In this document: positions 1-12,107 of the stretch, piece by piece
Layout: each line of letters begins with the position of its first letter
Numbering within the stretch: the stretch's first letter is position 1
Assembly: GCA_012295275.1 (NCBI GenBank)
Contig: CM022674.1
Coordinates: forward strand, 14,322,001-14,386,000
Source of the DNA: Chrysomallon squamiferum
Lineage: Eukaryota; Animalia; Mollusca
Direction: 5' to 3'
DNA: 64,000 bases
Notes under the pieces: model-generated
Told to the model about the DNA's origin: nothing
What the model saw: the letters and a program-made list of their open reading frames with translations, nothing else
The model's database searches: none
Program-made: the position numbers and the translations under genes

Positions 1-350
1 GATGTTGCTAAGTCCCGTCATCGATCACAGGTTCGTTAAAAGACGCCATCTTGAACCCGAAGGAAACATCATTTCCGCCATTTCCCGAGAGCGTCGTTAT
101 GTATCGGCTTTTGCTCGGTGTACCGTTCCGCTACCAATCTGTCAATTTAGATCCCCATCTGCTGTTAATAATTCTCAGTTTATTTGTTATTTAGTTGAAA
201 CGTAAGCCGAGCAGGAAAGCTATTTGGAACCATTTAGGTCTAACATGGTATTTTATAAAGCTTTTCGTTAAAGGAATTTATGAACATTTGTGGAGAGATT
301 GCGTGCCGATTTTTGAGCCGACTTGAATTCTTTACCTCCCTTATCGCTGA
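1..350. promoter_or_regulatory. CpG-rich promoter/5'UTR-like segment, probably of a divergent (- strand) gene lying left of the window
   Basis: CpG density is much higher than in the AT-rich surroundings. Two YY1-like motifs occur (CGCCATCTT near 44-52, CGCCATTT near 76-83), reading AAGATGGCG/AAATGGCG on the - strand, which is typical of animal TSS-proximal regions. No gene identity is recoverable. Confidence 0.4.
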
Positions 351-476
351 CCTTTGCTTTTTAATTTTATTTATTCATCTGATTTATTATTTTATTGATT
401 TGATTTGGGCTTTTATTTATTTTCCTTACTTTCTTTCCTTATTTTTTAACTGTTTTTATTTGTTTGTTTGCTGGGG

Positions 477-527
<51 letters not shown>

Positions 528-612
528 TATATTAAACATAAGTTAAATGAATATTTCAATAAAAGTTATTGTCGAATTTTTTTTGTTAAAGAATGTTCAT
601 GTTACTACATTT

Positions 613-660
<48 letters not shown>

Positions 661-2622
661 GACGTGTAACTTTGATATCATATCTAATATTTCTTCTTCT
701 TATTATATATGTATTTAATAATTGAATTATACAGAAGTTGTATATTTCTTACTTGATAGTTTATTAGTGGATAGTTATAACAAATTAGGCTTTTGTGTTA
801 TTAGATAAAAGGTGGGCGCATTTTGTTTATTGCCACTGAATAAATTGTGCAGTGGTCATACCATATAATCAGGAAATCGTAATATGACTCAAATATGAAG
901 AAAAATAAACAAACAAACAAACAACCAAACACAAACAAATATTTAAATAATATTTTTAACAAAAAATAAAAAATAAAAGATTAACAAATGTACATTGAAA
1001 TACAGAAAAATATGGACGTAATATTTTTTAATTTCAAAAAAAAAAAAAAAAAAAAGAACATGCGGTCTGTAGACAATCGCCTATTTTATGTTTGCGAATA
1101 TTATTATTTGTATTAATGCTGCTTTACAAGTCGGTATATTTACCTGCCTCCCCCCCCAAAAAAAAACAACAACATTAAGAACAAAAGCAGAAACATACAA
1201 TTATCATTAATTCCAAGGAAAATTTAATACATTTAAAACAACATCCTTTGCTGTTACATATTGCTAAGACCTATTCATAGTTACTGTTTAATAAGTGACA
1301 AGGCGTTGTCGTTCGTTCAGTTTATTTAGCTGGCGCTGAATGTGAAATCGATTCATGGCTTTCAAAAACGATAAAACTTTGCACATTACAAATTAAAAAT
1401 CGATTTATCTTTGCTTAAATAATTATTTGCAATATCAGATTACAAATATAATTAAATATCTCTGTTTTGCTAGTTTTACAAAACAAAAATACTTCTTGTA
1501 GTTAAATAAGAAAAGATTAAGAGAAAGTGACAAATTTCTCTAATATTCCATGATGCATTATATTTTGACAGAATTAATAAAATTCGTAATAAATAAAACG
1601 TTTAAATATTAGATAACAAATTATTAATCAGAGGCCACAAAAAGCAAGAATTTTTTTATAAAAGCACAAAAATACTGCTGACCCTCGATTTCAAGATTAG
1701 CAGGGGGGAGCAGCAGCTCAGAAAATTCAAAAGGTTAACAATGTTGTTGGTTCAGTTGTAAAATTTACAGTTACCTTAATGAAAAGTGGATTGAGAGAGG
1801 GTTGCTGTAACATCATGGCAGGACTCTGAATAACTTAGTGGACCTAAAGGTAAGGTTTCAAGTTCAAATTTTGTGAAAAAAAATGTCAGATTCATTTCCG
1901 ATTTCGAAATCCGAGATCCGTGAAATCGATGTCAACAGTAATTGCTATTTTGTTAATTAATTAATTAATTAATTAATTAATTTATTTATTTATTTATTTA
2001 TTTATTATTGTTGTTGTTGTTGTTATATTTCTGGCACGCTTATTAATAAAAATTACATCATCATCTGCGTAAGGCGCTTAATTATCTCCCCTTAATAAAC
2101 ATTGCAGACGATAAAAGCAGACGTATCTTAAGAACTGAAAAAATTCATTAGGTCAGTATTTATATTTAAAATAAATTTCTAGTTTATTTTAAAAAAAATG
2201 TTATTTCTATCAATTTAATTTTGTTAAATGGCTTATTCTATACCAAAAATTACCTGAAACAAACACTTTAATGACATTTTTTAATCAAAGGCGATAAAAA
2301 GGAAAAAACTATGAATAGAAAATATTTAATGTTACTTGTTTCTTAAAGAACGCGGTCATCGTCTCGTGCTCAGCACATTATTATTTATAAATAATAAGTA
2401 GACCTAGGTATTTATATTGGTGTTGGCACACGCACACACGCGTGTTACTAAATGTAACTATATGTATATATTTCAGTGTATTTTTATTACATTTTTATTT
2501 TTAATTCAGTGTTATAATTGATGTTTTTGTTGCTATATATATATATGTATAATAATAACAACAACAAAAATAACAATTAAAACAATGAATTAAAAATACA
2601 TATATAATTACGTCTTGCAGTC

Positions 2623-4975
2623 ATGACACATTACAGTGATCCAGCTACTCCTTATGGAGCAAGTGAACTTGAAAAGCTAATAAAAAATCTTGGTAAGATT
2701 AAAACAACAATCACATTTTTAAATATGCTTCAGACATTTTTATGTGGGTAATTTCAGAAACAAATTTTTATTTATTTATTTATTTTTATTATAAATCGAA
2801 AAATACTGATGATAAATGATAATATCATTAATGAAATTTAATTTTAAAATAGTAAATACTTGTAAGAGGTTTTCTCAGTATTAACCCAGTTAAAAATAAA
2901 ATAATAGAAATAAGAAAGTGATTATATATCCTTACTCTTTGAAAACTAATAATCAACTAAAACTTTTTAAAAATATTTTCAATACAATATTCCAGTACTT
3001 TTCAAATTTATGCTGTTGTCTGTCAACAATACATTTTTTACTTCTTTTACATTCTTTTTTATTTGCTTAATATTTCAGTATAAAACTGTTTTGTTTTTTG
3101 TTTGAATGATGAATGTTTCATTTCAGAATTTGAAAATCAGCAAGTTGTAAAGTTAATAGAAAAAGAAAATCAAGTAATTGAAGGTAAATAAATTATTTTC
3201 TAACTTTTTCAGAAGATATTTATTGGTTTGTCTCCTTATTTTGTTTTTGTTTGCTTTGTTTGTTTATATTTGAATTCATTAAAATAGTTATAGTTAACAT
3301 AACATTAAAAAAAAAGTAAACACTATTTAAATTTCAGTTCTTTTTAAAATGACATATAAATGATTATTTTATTTATAAAGTTGTGTCGTCTTTTAGCTTT
3401 GGAAAAAGAAGAATGTGATAGAAAATCAGAAATGGCACATTTACAGGAAAAATTATCCCACTTTGATGAAGATACTAAGAAAGCACACAAACAGTTTACT
3501 TTAAATCGGGACCATTGTGAAAGGTTGGTGTATTAATGCTTGTTGAAATCTATGTTCAAATATTCCTTTTCTTTCTTTTTTTAATCATTAGTTATGATAT
3601 TCTTTACATTTTAATAATACCACATACTGAAACCTACCTTAGTTTATTTTTACAAACAAACCCCCACACACACACAAACACACAAATAAATAAATAAAAT
3701 GAAATATCTGCCATAAAAAAAAGGTATGTTTTCAAAACATTAAATTATAATCCATAGAATTAAATTCATACTAGTAGTGTACTGATGTCATGCAAATTAG
3801 TTACAGACCACTTTATTACTTTCTGCTGTTGTATAATTATATAAAATATACATGCTTCTGGAATAATTATGTTTTTTGTTTTTAATTGTAATTAATATGT
3901 TTTCTCTACTGTATTATTTTAATTATTAATTTCATTAAAATGAAAATTAATTGCTATTTTTTTTGTAGATTTTTTCTAATGGATGTTCTCAATAAATGTG
4001 GAAACATATTGTAATTTAAAATTATTTTTGTTGAAGGCAAGTATTATGTCTGGATTACATTTCTTTCTAATTTCTTATGGCAGCTTGCAGAAGACAGAGA
4101 CTGTACTGATGGAACATGAATTGGCTCTGAACCAGAAATTAAATTCATTGAAGTATAATGGAGAAGTTGAAAAGTAAGCAGAAGTGTTTAATAACTTTTA
4201 ACATCTTTATTAACTGACAACATACCTGCCTGTCATTCTGCACACCTGACTGACTGTCTCATTGAGTGAATGAATATTAATTTACTAACTACCTCATTAT
4301 GAATTATTTAACTATTTGCAATTACTTAGAACATGTATTTATCATTTCTATTTGAATTAAATGCTGATGTTATATAATAACAACTTATTGTAATTATGTA
4401 ACTTAAATTAAGGGTCAGTAATGAATTTAACAAATTGTCCACACAAATACATACTCATGTGCATACACAAATGCATGAATACAAATAATGATACAGGGTT
4501 TCAAAAAGGGACAAGATTACCTTACACAATGAGTTAAATCAGAAAACAACAAACAAAAAACCTGCATGTTATCAAGCAGTTGGTAGTCATGTTTTTTATA
4601 TTCTCTATGCTAGGTCGATGTATTCAAATTCTTGCATGCACAGAGACAGTAAATATTTTACTTCATTATTTTACATTGCATATCTCATACAGAAAAGAAA
4701 GAGAGAATATTTTGAAAGAATATCAAAACATCTACATGGATTATGAAAATAAATATAAGACATTTCCTCTGGTAAAAGAATATTTTACAGTACAAGAAGA
4801 AATTGCCAGATATGAAAACAAAATTGCTGAGGAAGAAAAATCACTGAAAATACTTCAGCAGCAGATTGAAGAGGAAAGAGGTAAACTTATTATTTGTTAT
4901 ATGGGACTGAATGTAAAATAAGCATGTCTGTGTGTTTGTGTGTGTGCTTGAGAGTATTTTATATAAATGATCAAA

Positions 4976-5025
<50 letters not shown>

Positions 5026-8000
5026 ACAAATATTAATTGAATGTTATTTGTTTTCATTTTAATGTTTACCAAAGCATTCATCTGTACTACTAAAATATTA
5101 AATGATTAAAATGATGGGACCAGTTATAGATAAGTAGCAGATTATAATACATTGTGACAAATTATTTTAATCTATTTTTTTATTTTTACAGGAAGTGATG
5201 AAATAAATTTTAATGATTTAAATGAATTTATCATTAAGATGTATCCTTTAATTTAATGCAATACACTTTTATTTTGAAAATAGATATTCTATTCTTAGAT
5301 GTTTGATTATAATGTTGGAATGCATTATTTATTTATTTATTTATTTATTTAAATATGTCACAATAATTTTCTGTTTTGTGCATATGTTTGTATGTGCAAT
5401 GTTGTTTTTTATCTCAAAATTTAGATATCCTATACCAGTAAAAAGTTGTCCTTAACACACCCTAAATGAACAGTGCACAAATGAAACTGGATTCAGAAAA
5501 AGTTAATACACAGATAAAACTATTCTTATATGAGAAAAATAATTTGGAAAAAGAATTATCTGAAATTCGTGAGAAACAAACGTTGGATGTGAGTTCTATA
5601 GAGGTAAAATAATAAAACAAATTCTAGACATGTAATAATAAAAGTAGTAGCAGCTATAATAACAGTAATTGTATCTGTTGGTACTATTATAGTGATAATA
5701 AATTTAAACTCAAGTTAATAGAGTTTGTGTATTACTTGTTATGTAAATAGTGGTGTGTTTCAGTTAATTATAAGTTGATATCTCATGCTCAGATCAGTGT
5801 TTATTATTGAATATATTTAAATCTGAGATCAGTGTTTATTATTGATTTAAATATATTTAAATCTCAGATCAGTGTTTATTATTGAAGATATTTAAATCTG
5901 AGATCAGTGTTTATTATTGAAGATATTTAAATCATAGATCCTGTGTTTATTATTGAAGATATTTAAATCTCAGATCAGTGTTTATTATTGAAGATATTTA
6001 AATCTCAGATCAGTGTTTATTATTGAAAATATTTAAATCATAGATCCTGTGTTTATTATTGAAGTTATTTAAATCTCAGACCCTGTGTTTATTATTGAAG
6101 ATATTTAAATCACAGATCAGTGTTTATTACTGAAAATATTTAAATCATAGATCCTGTGTTTATTATTGAAGTTATTTAAATCTCAGACCCTGTGTTTATT
6201 ATTGAAGATATTTAAATCTGAGATCAGTGTTTATTACTGAAAATATTTAAATCATAGATCATTGTTTATTATTGAAGATATTTAAATCTCAGACCCAGTG
6301 TTTATTATTGAAGATATTTAAATGAGATCAGTGTTTATTACTGAAAATATTTAAATCATAGATCCTGTGTTTATTATTGAAGATATTTAAATCACAGATC
6401 CTGTGTTTATTATTGAAGATATTTAAATCTGAGATCAGTGTTTATTATTGAAGATATTTAAATCTGAGATCAGTGTTTATTATTGAAGATATTTAAATCT
6501 CAGACCCAGTGTTTATTATTGAAGATATTTAAATCTGAGATCAGTGTTTATTATTGAAGATATTTAAATCTGAGATCAGTGTTTATTATTGAAGATATTT
6601 AAATCTGAGATCAGTGTTTATTATTGAAGATATTTAAATCTGAGATCAGTGTTTATTATTGAAGATATTTAAATCTGAGACCCAGTGTTTATTATTGAAG
6701 ATATTTAAATCTGAGATCAGTGTTTATTATTGATTTAAATATATTTAAATCTGAGACCAAGTGTTTATTATTGAAGATATTTAAATCTCAGACCCAGTGT
6801 TTGTTATTGAAGGACATTGGTGAACAGGAGCTGTGTGAAAGGACTGAGGCTGTGAGAATGCAGGATGAAAATGAAACATCACAAGCAGATTCTTTGTCTA
6901 AAGATGTCACCACAAACTGCGAATCAAGGTAGATGCAGTTATTTAACAAATTCAGAGAATCCATGTATATAACAGAAGCTGATAATGATGATTCATTATT
7001 TTGTATTTAATGTTAGTTATAAATTCTTATATGATTGCTTTAGTATCTTGTATTTCATAATTGTTATATTTAACAATATTTATTATTTCATTTTTAATTC
7101 TGATTATTATTAACCATATCAGTTTAATAATAAGGCAGACCATCTGCCATTCTCACACTGAGAGCTACAATGAGTGGCAAGAAAACTGCTGTATGCATTT
7201 TCTACATATTGGAAAGCATGTATAACAATCTCACACTAATGATACTGACTGGAAATGTTAAAACCCCCAGTAATAACATCAGTATTTTATGTTTAAAAAC
7301 TCAATCAGTTCAATTAACAATAAATTAATAATAAATTAATAATAAATAATTTAAAGTTAACAATATTGTGATTTCAGTATCAGTGACCAAGGTTCTGAAG
7401 TAGAAATGTGTGATGAATCTCAGAATGCCACTGTCAGTAAAACTAATCAAAGCCAGCAGAAGCCAATGGTACTGTTTAATTTACAGTAATTAGTTCAGTA
7501 AAATTATTTCATTTTAAACTTTCAAAAAGATGTACATGTGTTACTAGATATATTTATTAAAAATTATTATTTTTAATCTTGCAGTTGCATAGTGGTACAA
7601 ATACATTTTGAATTCTATTTTGCTTTATCTAAATGTGTTTTCTGAAATAAAGATAATTTTAATAATATTAGTGCATTAACTAAGGCATTTACAATAAAAT
7701 AGTGTGTCTGTGAATATAATTATTAAAAAAATTTCAGTATTCACATAATTATTAATTACAATAATATTCTAATAATAAAACCTATTTCTAATATCAAGGT
7801 TTCAGAATTTGATCATTCTACCCATCAAGAATATGTAAAAAAAAATCAGAAAAATGTGGCTACAGGATCAAATACAGTTAGTGATGTTATTCAACAGTTA
7901 AATAACAAACAACAAGTAAATAGTGTTAGACAAGTAAATGTTCAGCCTTCATCTCACAGACAGATGCCAACTCTGATTGTTCCTAAACCATCTGCTAATT

Positions 8001-8934
8001 CTTTCTCTCTTCACACTCCTAAATCTGCAGAACTCCTAGTTTCACAACAGGTTTGTTACAGTTTCAGTACATAAAATTCTAGTAAAACATTTTGAGATTT
8101 TTCCAGATTTGCTGTACAAATTATATTTTACTCCCAATGAATTTCATTTATAAATGGGAAAATATAGCGTTTCTGCTTTTAGAAAAACTGAAAAAAAAAA
8201 ACAATAAAAAAAACCAACTTATATAATACACTATTTTCAGTATTTTATTTTATTTCTTCATTTCTATAGTAATGGTAACTGTATATACAAGTTAAATAAT
8301 TTTCATTACTTACTAATGCAGTATACTAACATATACTCTGTTAAAAACATACTGTAGAACTTATTTGTAGACAACATTTCAGATCAACAAAGGTATATCA
8401 GCAGAAATGATACCAGTTCCAAGACTAGTTCAACCACGTGCTTTGACAAAACCTGTAACTTCAACCACTGATCCTATAACTTCAACCAAGCCACCTTCTG
8501 TGTTTATAACTACAGCCAAACCATCAGCTCCTGGAACTATAACATTAACCAAACCACCAACTCCTGTAACACTGACCAGATCACCAGCCACTGGTCCTGT
8601 GATTTCAGCCAAACCATCAACTTTTCCTTTTGTAATTTCAACCAAACCACCGCCATCTGTTTCTGTAACTTCAAGCAAACCACCAGTCTCACCTTTCATA
8701 ATACCACTGCACACAGTACCAACCCAGTCTCCACGACTGTCAGTGCCTCGACTCAGTCAAAAAATTCCAGCCTCACCAAACCAAATACGATTACCTTCAT
8801 TTCAAGTACCAACAATTGAAAAACAATCAGTACAGCAGCCTTTTTCCAGGTACAGGTTATTGTTTTCATAAATTGAAACTGCATGAAACCAGACATTATA
8901 TATATGTGTGTGTGTGTGTCTGTCTATTCATGTA

Positions 8935-8986
<52 letters not shown>

Positions 8987-9130
8987 CAATCTTCAATTTA
9001 GTTTCTATTTTGATAACACTGTTTCTTAACAACTACAATAAGGATATGTAACAAATAACAGAAGATTACAAGTATGTTCTTTTTTAAATTATATTTAGCC
9101 CAGTTTTCCCCACAAAAAACAACAGCAAAA

Positions 9131-9173
<43 letters not shown>

Positions 9174-9886
9174 GTACATAAATAAATAAATAAAGAAAGA
9201 AAGAAAGAAATAAAGAAAAAAAAGAAAAAAAAAAGAAATCATTTCTGAACAGTGTTTATATATATATATTTTGCTTAATTCTGATTTAACATTTCACAGA
9301 AAACCAGAAGCAAGGATTACATCATTGCCAGATTACGTATATAATTCTTCATCAAGACACTATATACCACCAATTCCAAAAGTTATTGCTGTACAGAAAG
9401 GTAGAGATCTTTACATTAACATTATAACTATTTTTATATCCATAAGCAAACATCATTATACTGAATGCTTATATTCTGCCAAAAAATATACATTTTAATA
9501 AATTCTTATTTTCTGTTAAAAATAAAATAAAAATGATTCTGTCAGCAAATATTAATATACATTCTGACATAAAGCTACAATGATGGTATTTAATATTCAA
9601 TTGTTAAATAAATCTTTTCAGAACTAATCCATAAAAATTTAAAACAAAGAATGAATGTATATCTGCTTTTTTTCTCATTTCCAATTGGGATTTGTCAAGA
9701 ACCAAAACAAGACCATGTATTTTCTCAGAAGACAATGAGTATCACTCAGCCAAAAAGCCCAGCTCCAATAAGGAAATCATTTGAGGAAAATGGAAGTCAT
9801 GGTCAGTTTAAATACTTATTTTATTCTTTAAAACAATTGTTTGTTTTTTATTTATGTATGCAATATGTGCACATGCAAACACACAT

Positions 9887-9940
<54 letters not shown>

Positions 9941-12107
9941 TCACTTTATTTCCTATTAAAAAGATCAAAATTAACATTTCAGCATAACTATCTGCATTAT
10001 CTACAGCAGTTTGGAGGCTAGCATATTTTGTTACAGAGCTGGAATTTCTGCATTTGTTTTGTCAAGTTTAAATATCAGTAATTAATCAATTTATAAATAA
10101 ATAAAAAGTATGCTTACTATTAGATATTTACTTCCTATACATATTAATTTTATTATGCATGGAATAGCTTAAGTTATAAAAAATTTAAATTGTACAAGTC
10201 TATATAATGACACCATGTGTTATTATAACTTTTGTATTATCTTGCAGAAAACAATTTTCCTAAAACTCCAAGAAATGAAGCAAACAGCAGTTCTGAATCA
10301 ACAAGTCCATTTGACCTAGACAGACATCGGCAGCAGCTAGAATTTCTTAGAGCCAAATCACCAGGTGCACCAATTTTCACCAGCAGACCAATGTTTGAAA
10401 CTGAAACTTCACAAATGGTTAGTTTCAGATGTTTTGTTATTCTCTTTTGTGTTGTATACATTGGACTGATGTCAGAGATTTTAAGTGTTTATTTTTGAAA
10501 TTATTTTGCACTGATTTGAACTGGTTCATTTAATCATACTGAAGAATCTGTTTGGTTGGTTTTTGATTTAAAGGGATGTTTTGTATATTATCAGATTTTT
10601 AAAAGAAATTATTAGTTTTTGTCTTAATACCATTTTCAAAATAATATATTTATTTATTTATTTATTATAAATACATGTACATAAACAATTTTTATTAGTT
10701 ACAGTAACAGAAAATAAGCTAACAATCTGGGATAGATATACACAAGAGAGTTACTACCATTTTCTTTTTTCTTTATAATTTAAGGAAACACATGATGATG
10801 TTGAACCAGGATCATTCTTTCAACCATTTCACAAAGAACAGGTAGTATTTTTTATTACTGAGACTATTCCCGTTCCAACCACTGTATTAGATCTCTTTAA
10901 ACAAGCATCAGCTTGTGTGCTTTCCTGTTGCTAATAAATTATTTCTTGCTGCTAGCTAAATCAGTGTTGTGACAGCAGAAAACAGCAAAAAAATGTGTTT
11001 GGCTCCTAGTGACAAAATAAATATGTTGTGTTTGTTAAATATTCATTTATTCTAAATGTATAATAAATCTTGTATTATTCAGTTTGAGGAATCGGGTGGT
11101 GATAAGATGCATCCATCTAATATTTTTAAACCATCACTGCCAGCCACACAGACATTTAGTCAAGAAAATGGAAGGGACAGACATCAAGGTATTTGTTATA
11201 TATATTTACTTCCACTTGATATTTGATTGATGTGTGTATTCAGGACATCAGATTAAACAATCCTGGGTAATCTTTTCCCTGAACACTCACATAATTGGTA
11301 ACAGAAAATTTAAAATCATCTTGCAAAACATAAATTGTGAAATAGATTGATAAGCAAAGTGAAAATGACTCAGAATGTGGGGTAATGTTCCTAACTGAAT
11401 CAGTTGTAGTGTGGAACAGGAAAATGTAAAGTTGTAAATCAGTTTTCTATCAGAAACGTATTTGACTCTAACCAGACAGCTATTTGTATCCACAGTTGAC
11501 AAGAGTTATCTATCTTGGTTCTAAACAGATAAACAAATCTGGGACCGATTCACTTTAAAATGAAAATTACTACTAAGAAAATAAAATCCTTTAATACATG
11601 TTATTTTGTGTTTCCAGAAATGTTAATGCATATTCAGATGAAATATTTTAAATTTGCTATAATTAAAAGTGAGAAAATATTTTCTATAGGAAAATTCAGT
11701 AATGAAGACATAGATAATTAAAATTTCCCTTCATCTTATTTTGATTCTTTCTTCAGGGGTTAAAACAAGTGAGAAAACGTTTCCAACAGAAAAATTCAGT
11801 GATATTGAAGTAGAAAATTAAAATTTCACTTCATTTTATTTTGATTCTTTCTTCAGAGGTTTCACCTACAAAGAAAAGCAGCATGGCTCCAGAATCTGTG
11901 TTTGACAACTCACCAGAATCAAAACAAACATTTGAATCAGGGTTTTTCTCCTTGTTTGGTGCTGCCCAATCAAGTCCACAGAGAGAAGACTCAGGTTTCT
12001 CATTCAGTTTTGGAGGTGCTGACACCGAATCTTCTCAAGACTTTTCTTTCAGTTTTGGTGAAAATTCAAAGGATGACACTTCTTCCTCAGTACTCAACTT
12101 GTTCTAA
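2623..12107 (+). CDS. C14orf39: SIX6OS1/C14orf39-like coiled-coil protein (putative synaptonemal complex central element), 17 coding exons
   Basis: Phase-consistent GT-AG exons: 2623-2692, 3127-3183, 3397-3523, 4084-4173, 4693-4880, 5192-5240, 5474-5603 (alt donor after 5588), 6813-6928, 7378-7468, 7799-8050, 8371-8849, 9300-9400, 9700-9801, 10248-10417, 10785-10841, 11083-11188, 11857-12107; probable 5'UTR donor at 1850. The N-terminal coiled coil DEDTKKAHKQFTLNRDHCESLQKTETVLMEHE...ILKEYQNIYMDYENKYKTFPLVKEYF aligns by eye (from memory) with human SIX6OS1 DEEIDHYCKHSEEIKDNCRNWKPTCDVFRKHE...YICQYKEVLKQYQLKYSETPFSREYY. It also shares FPKTP and an FSFSFG-rich C-terminal tail. Gene model is well supported; orthology was not run through a search. 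Confidence 0.72.
5241..5473 (+). other. U12-type (minor spliceosome) GT-AG intron
   Basis: 5' site GTATCCTTT at 5241, branch site TCCTTAAC at 5449-5456, AG at 5472-5473 with no polypyrimidine tract. Splicing keeps the reading frame (IIK-I-AQMKL). Confidence 0.93.
5788..6812 (+). repeat. Minisatellite, about 35-bp unit (AGATCAGTGTTTATTATTGAAGATATTTAAATCTG), roughly 28-29 copies, ending at the acceptor of exon 6813
   Basis: Directly visible tandem array. The last unit supplies TTGTTATTGAAG|GAC, the 3' splice site used in the gene model. Confidence 0.95.
11668..11862 (+). repeat. 100-bp tandem duplication containing the last-exon acceptor of the SIX6OS1-like gene
   Basis: TTATTTTGATTCTTTCTTCAG occurs twice, ending at 11756 and 11856, with similar upstream sequence. 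Confidence 0.9.

Noticed and set aside
1-100. - strand ATGs in good Kozak context as the start of a neighbouring CDS
   Set aside because: Two frames stop within 20 codons and the third gives only 7 codons before the window edge, so no CDS can be called.
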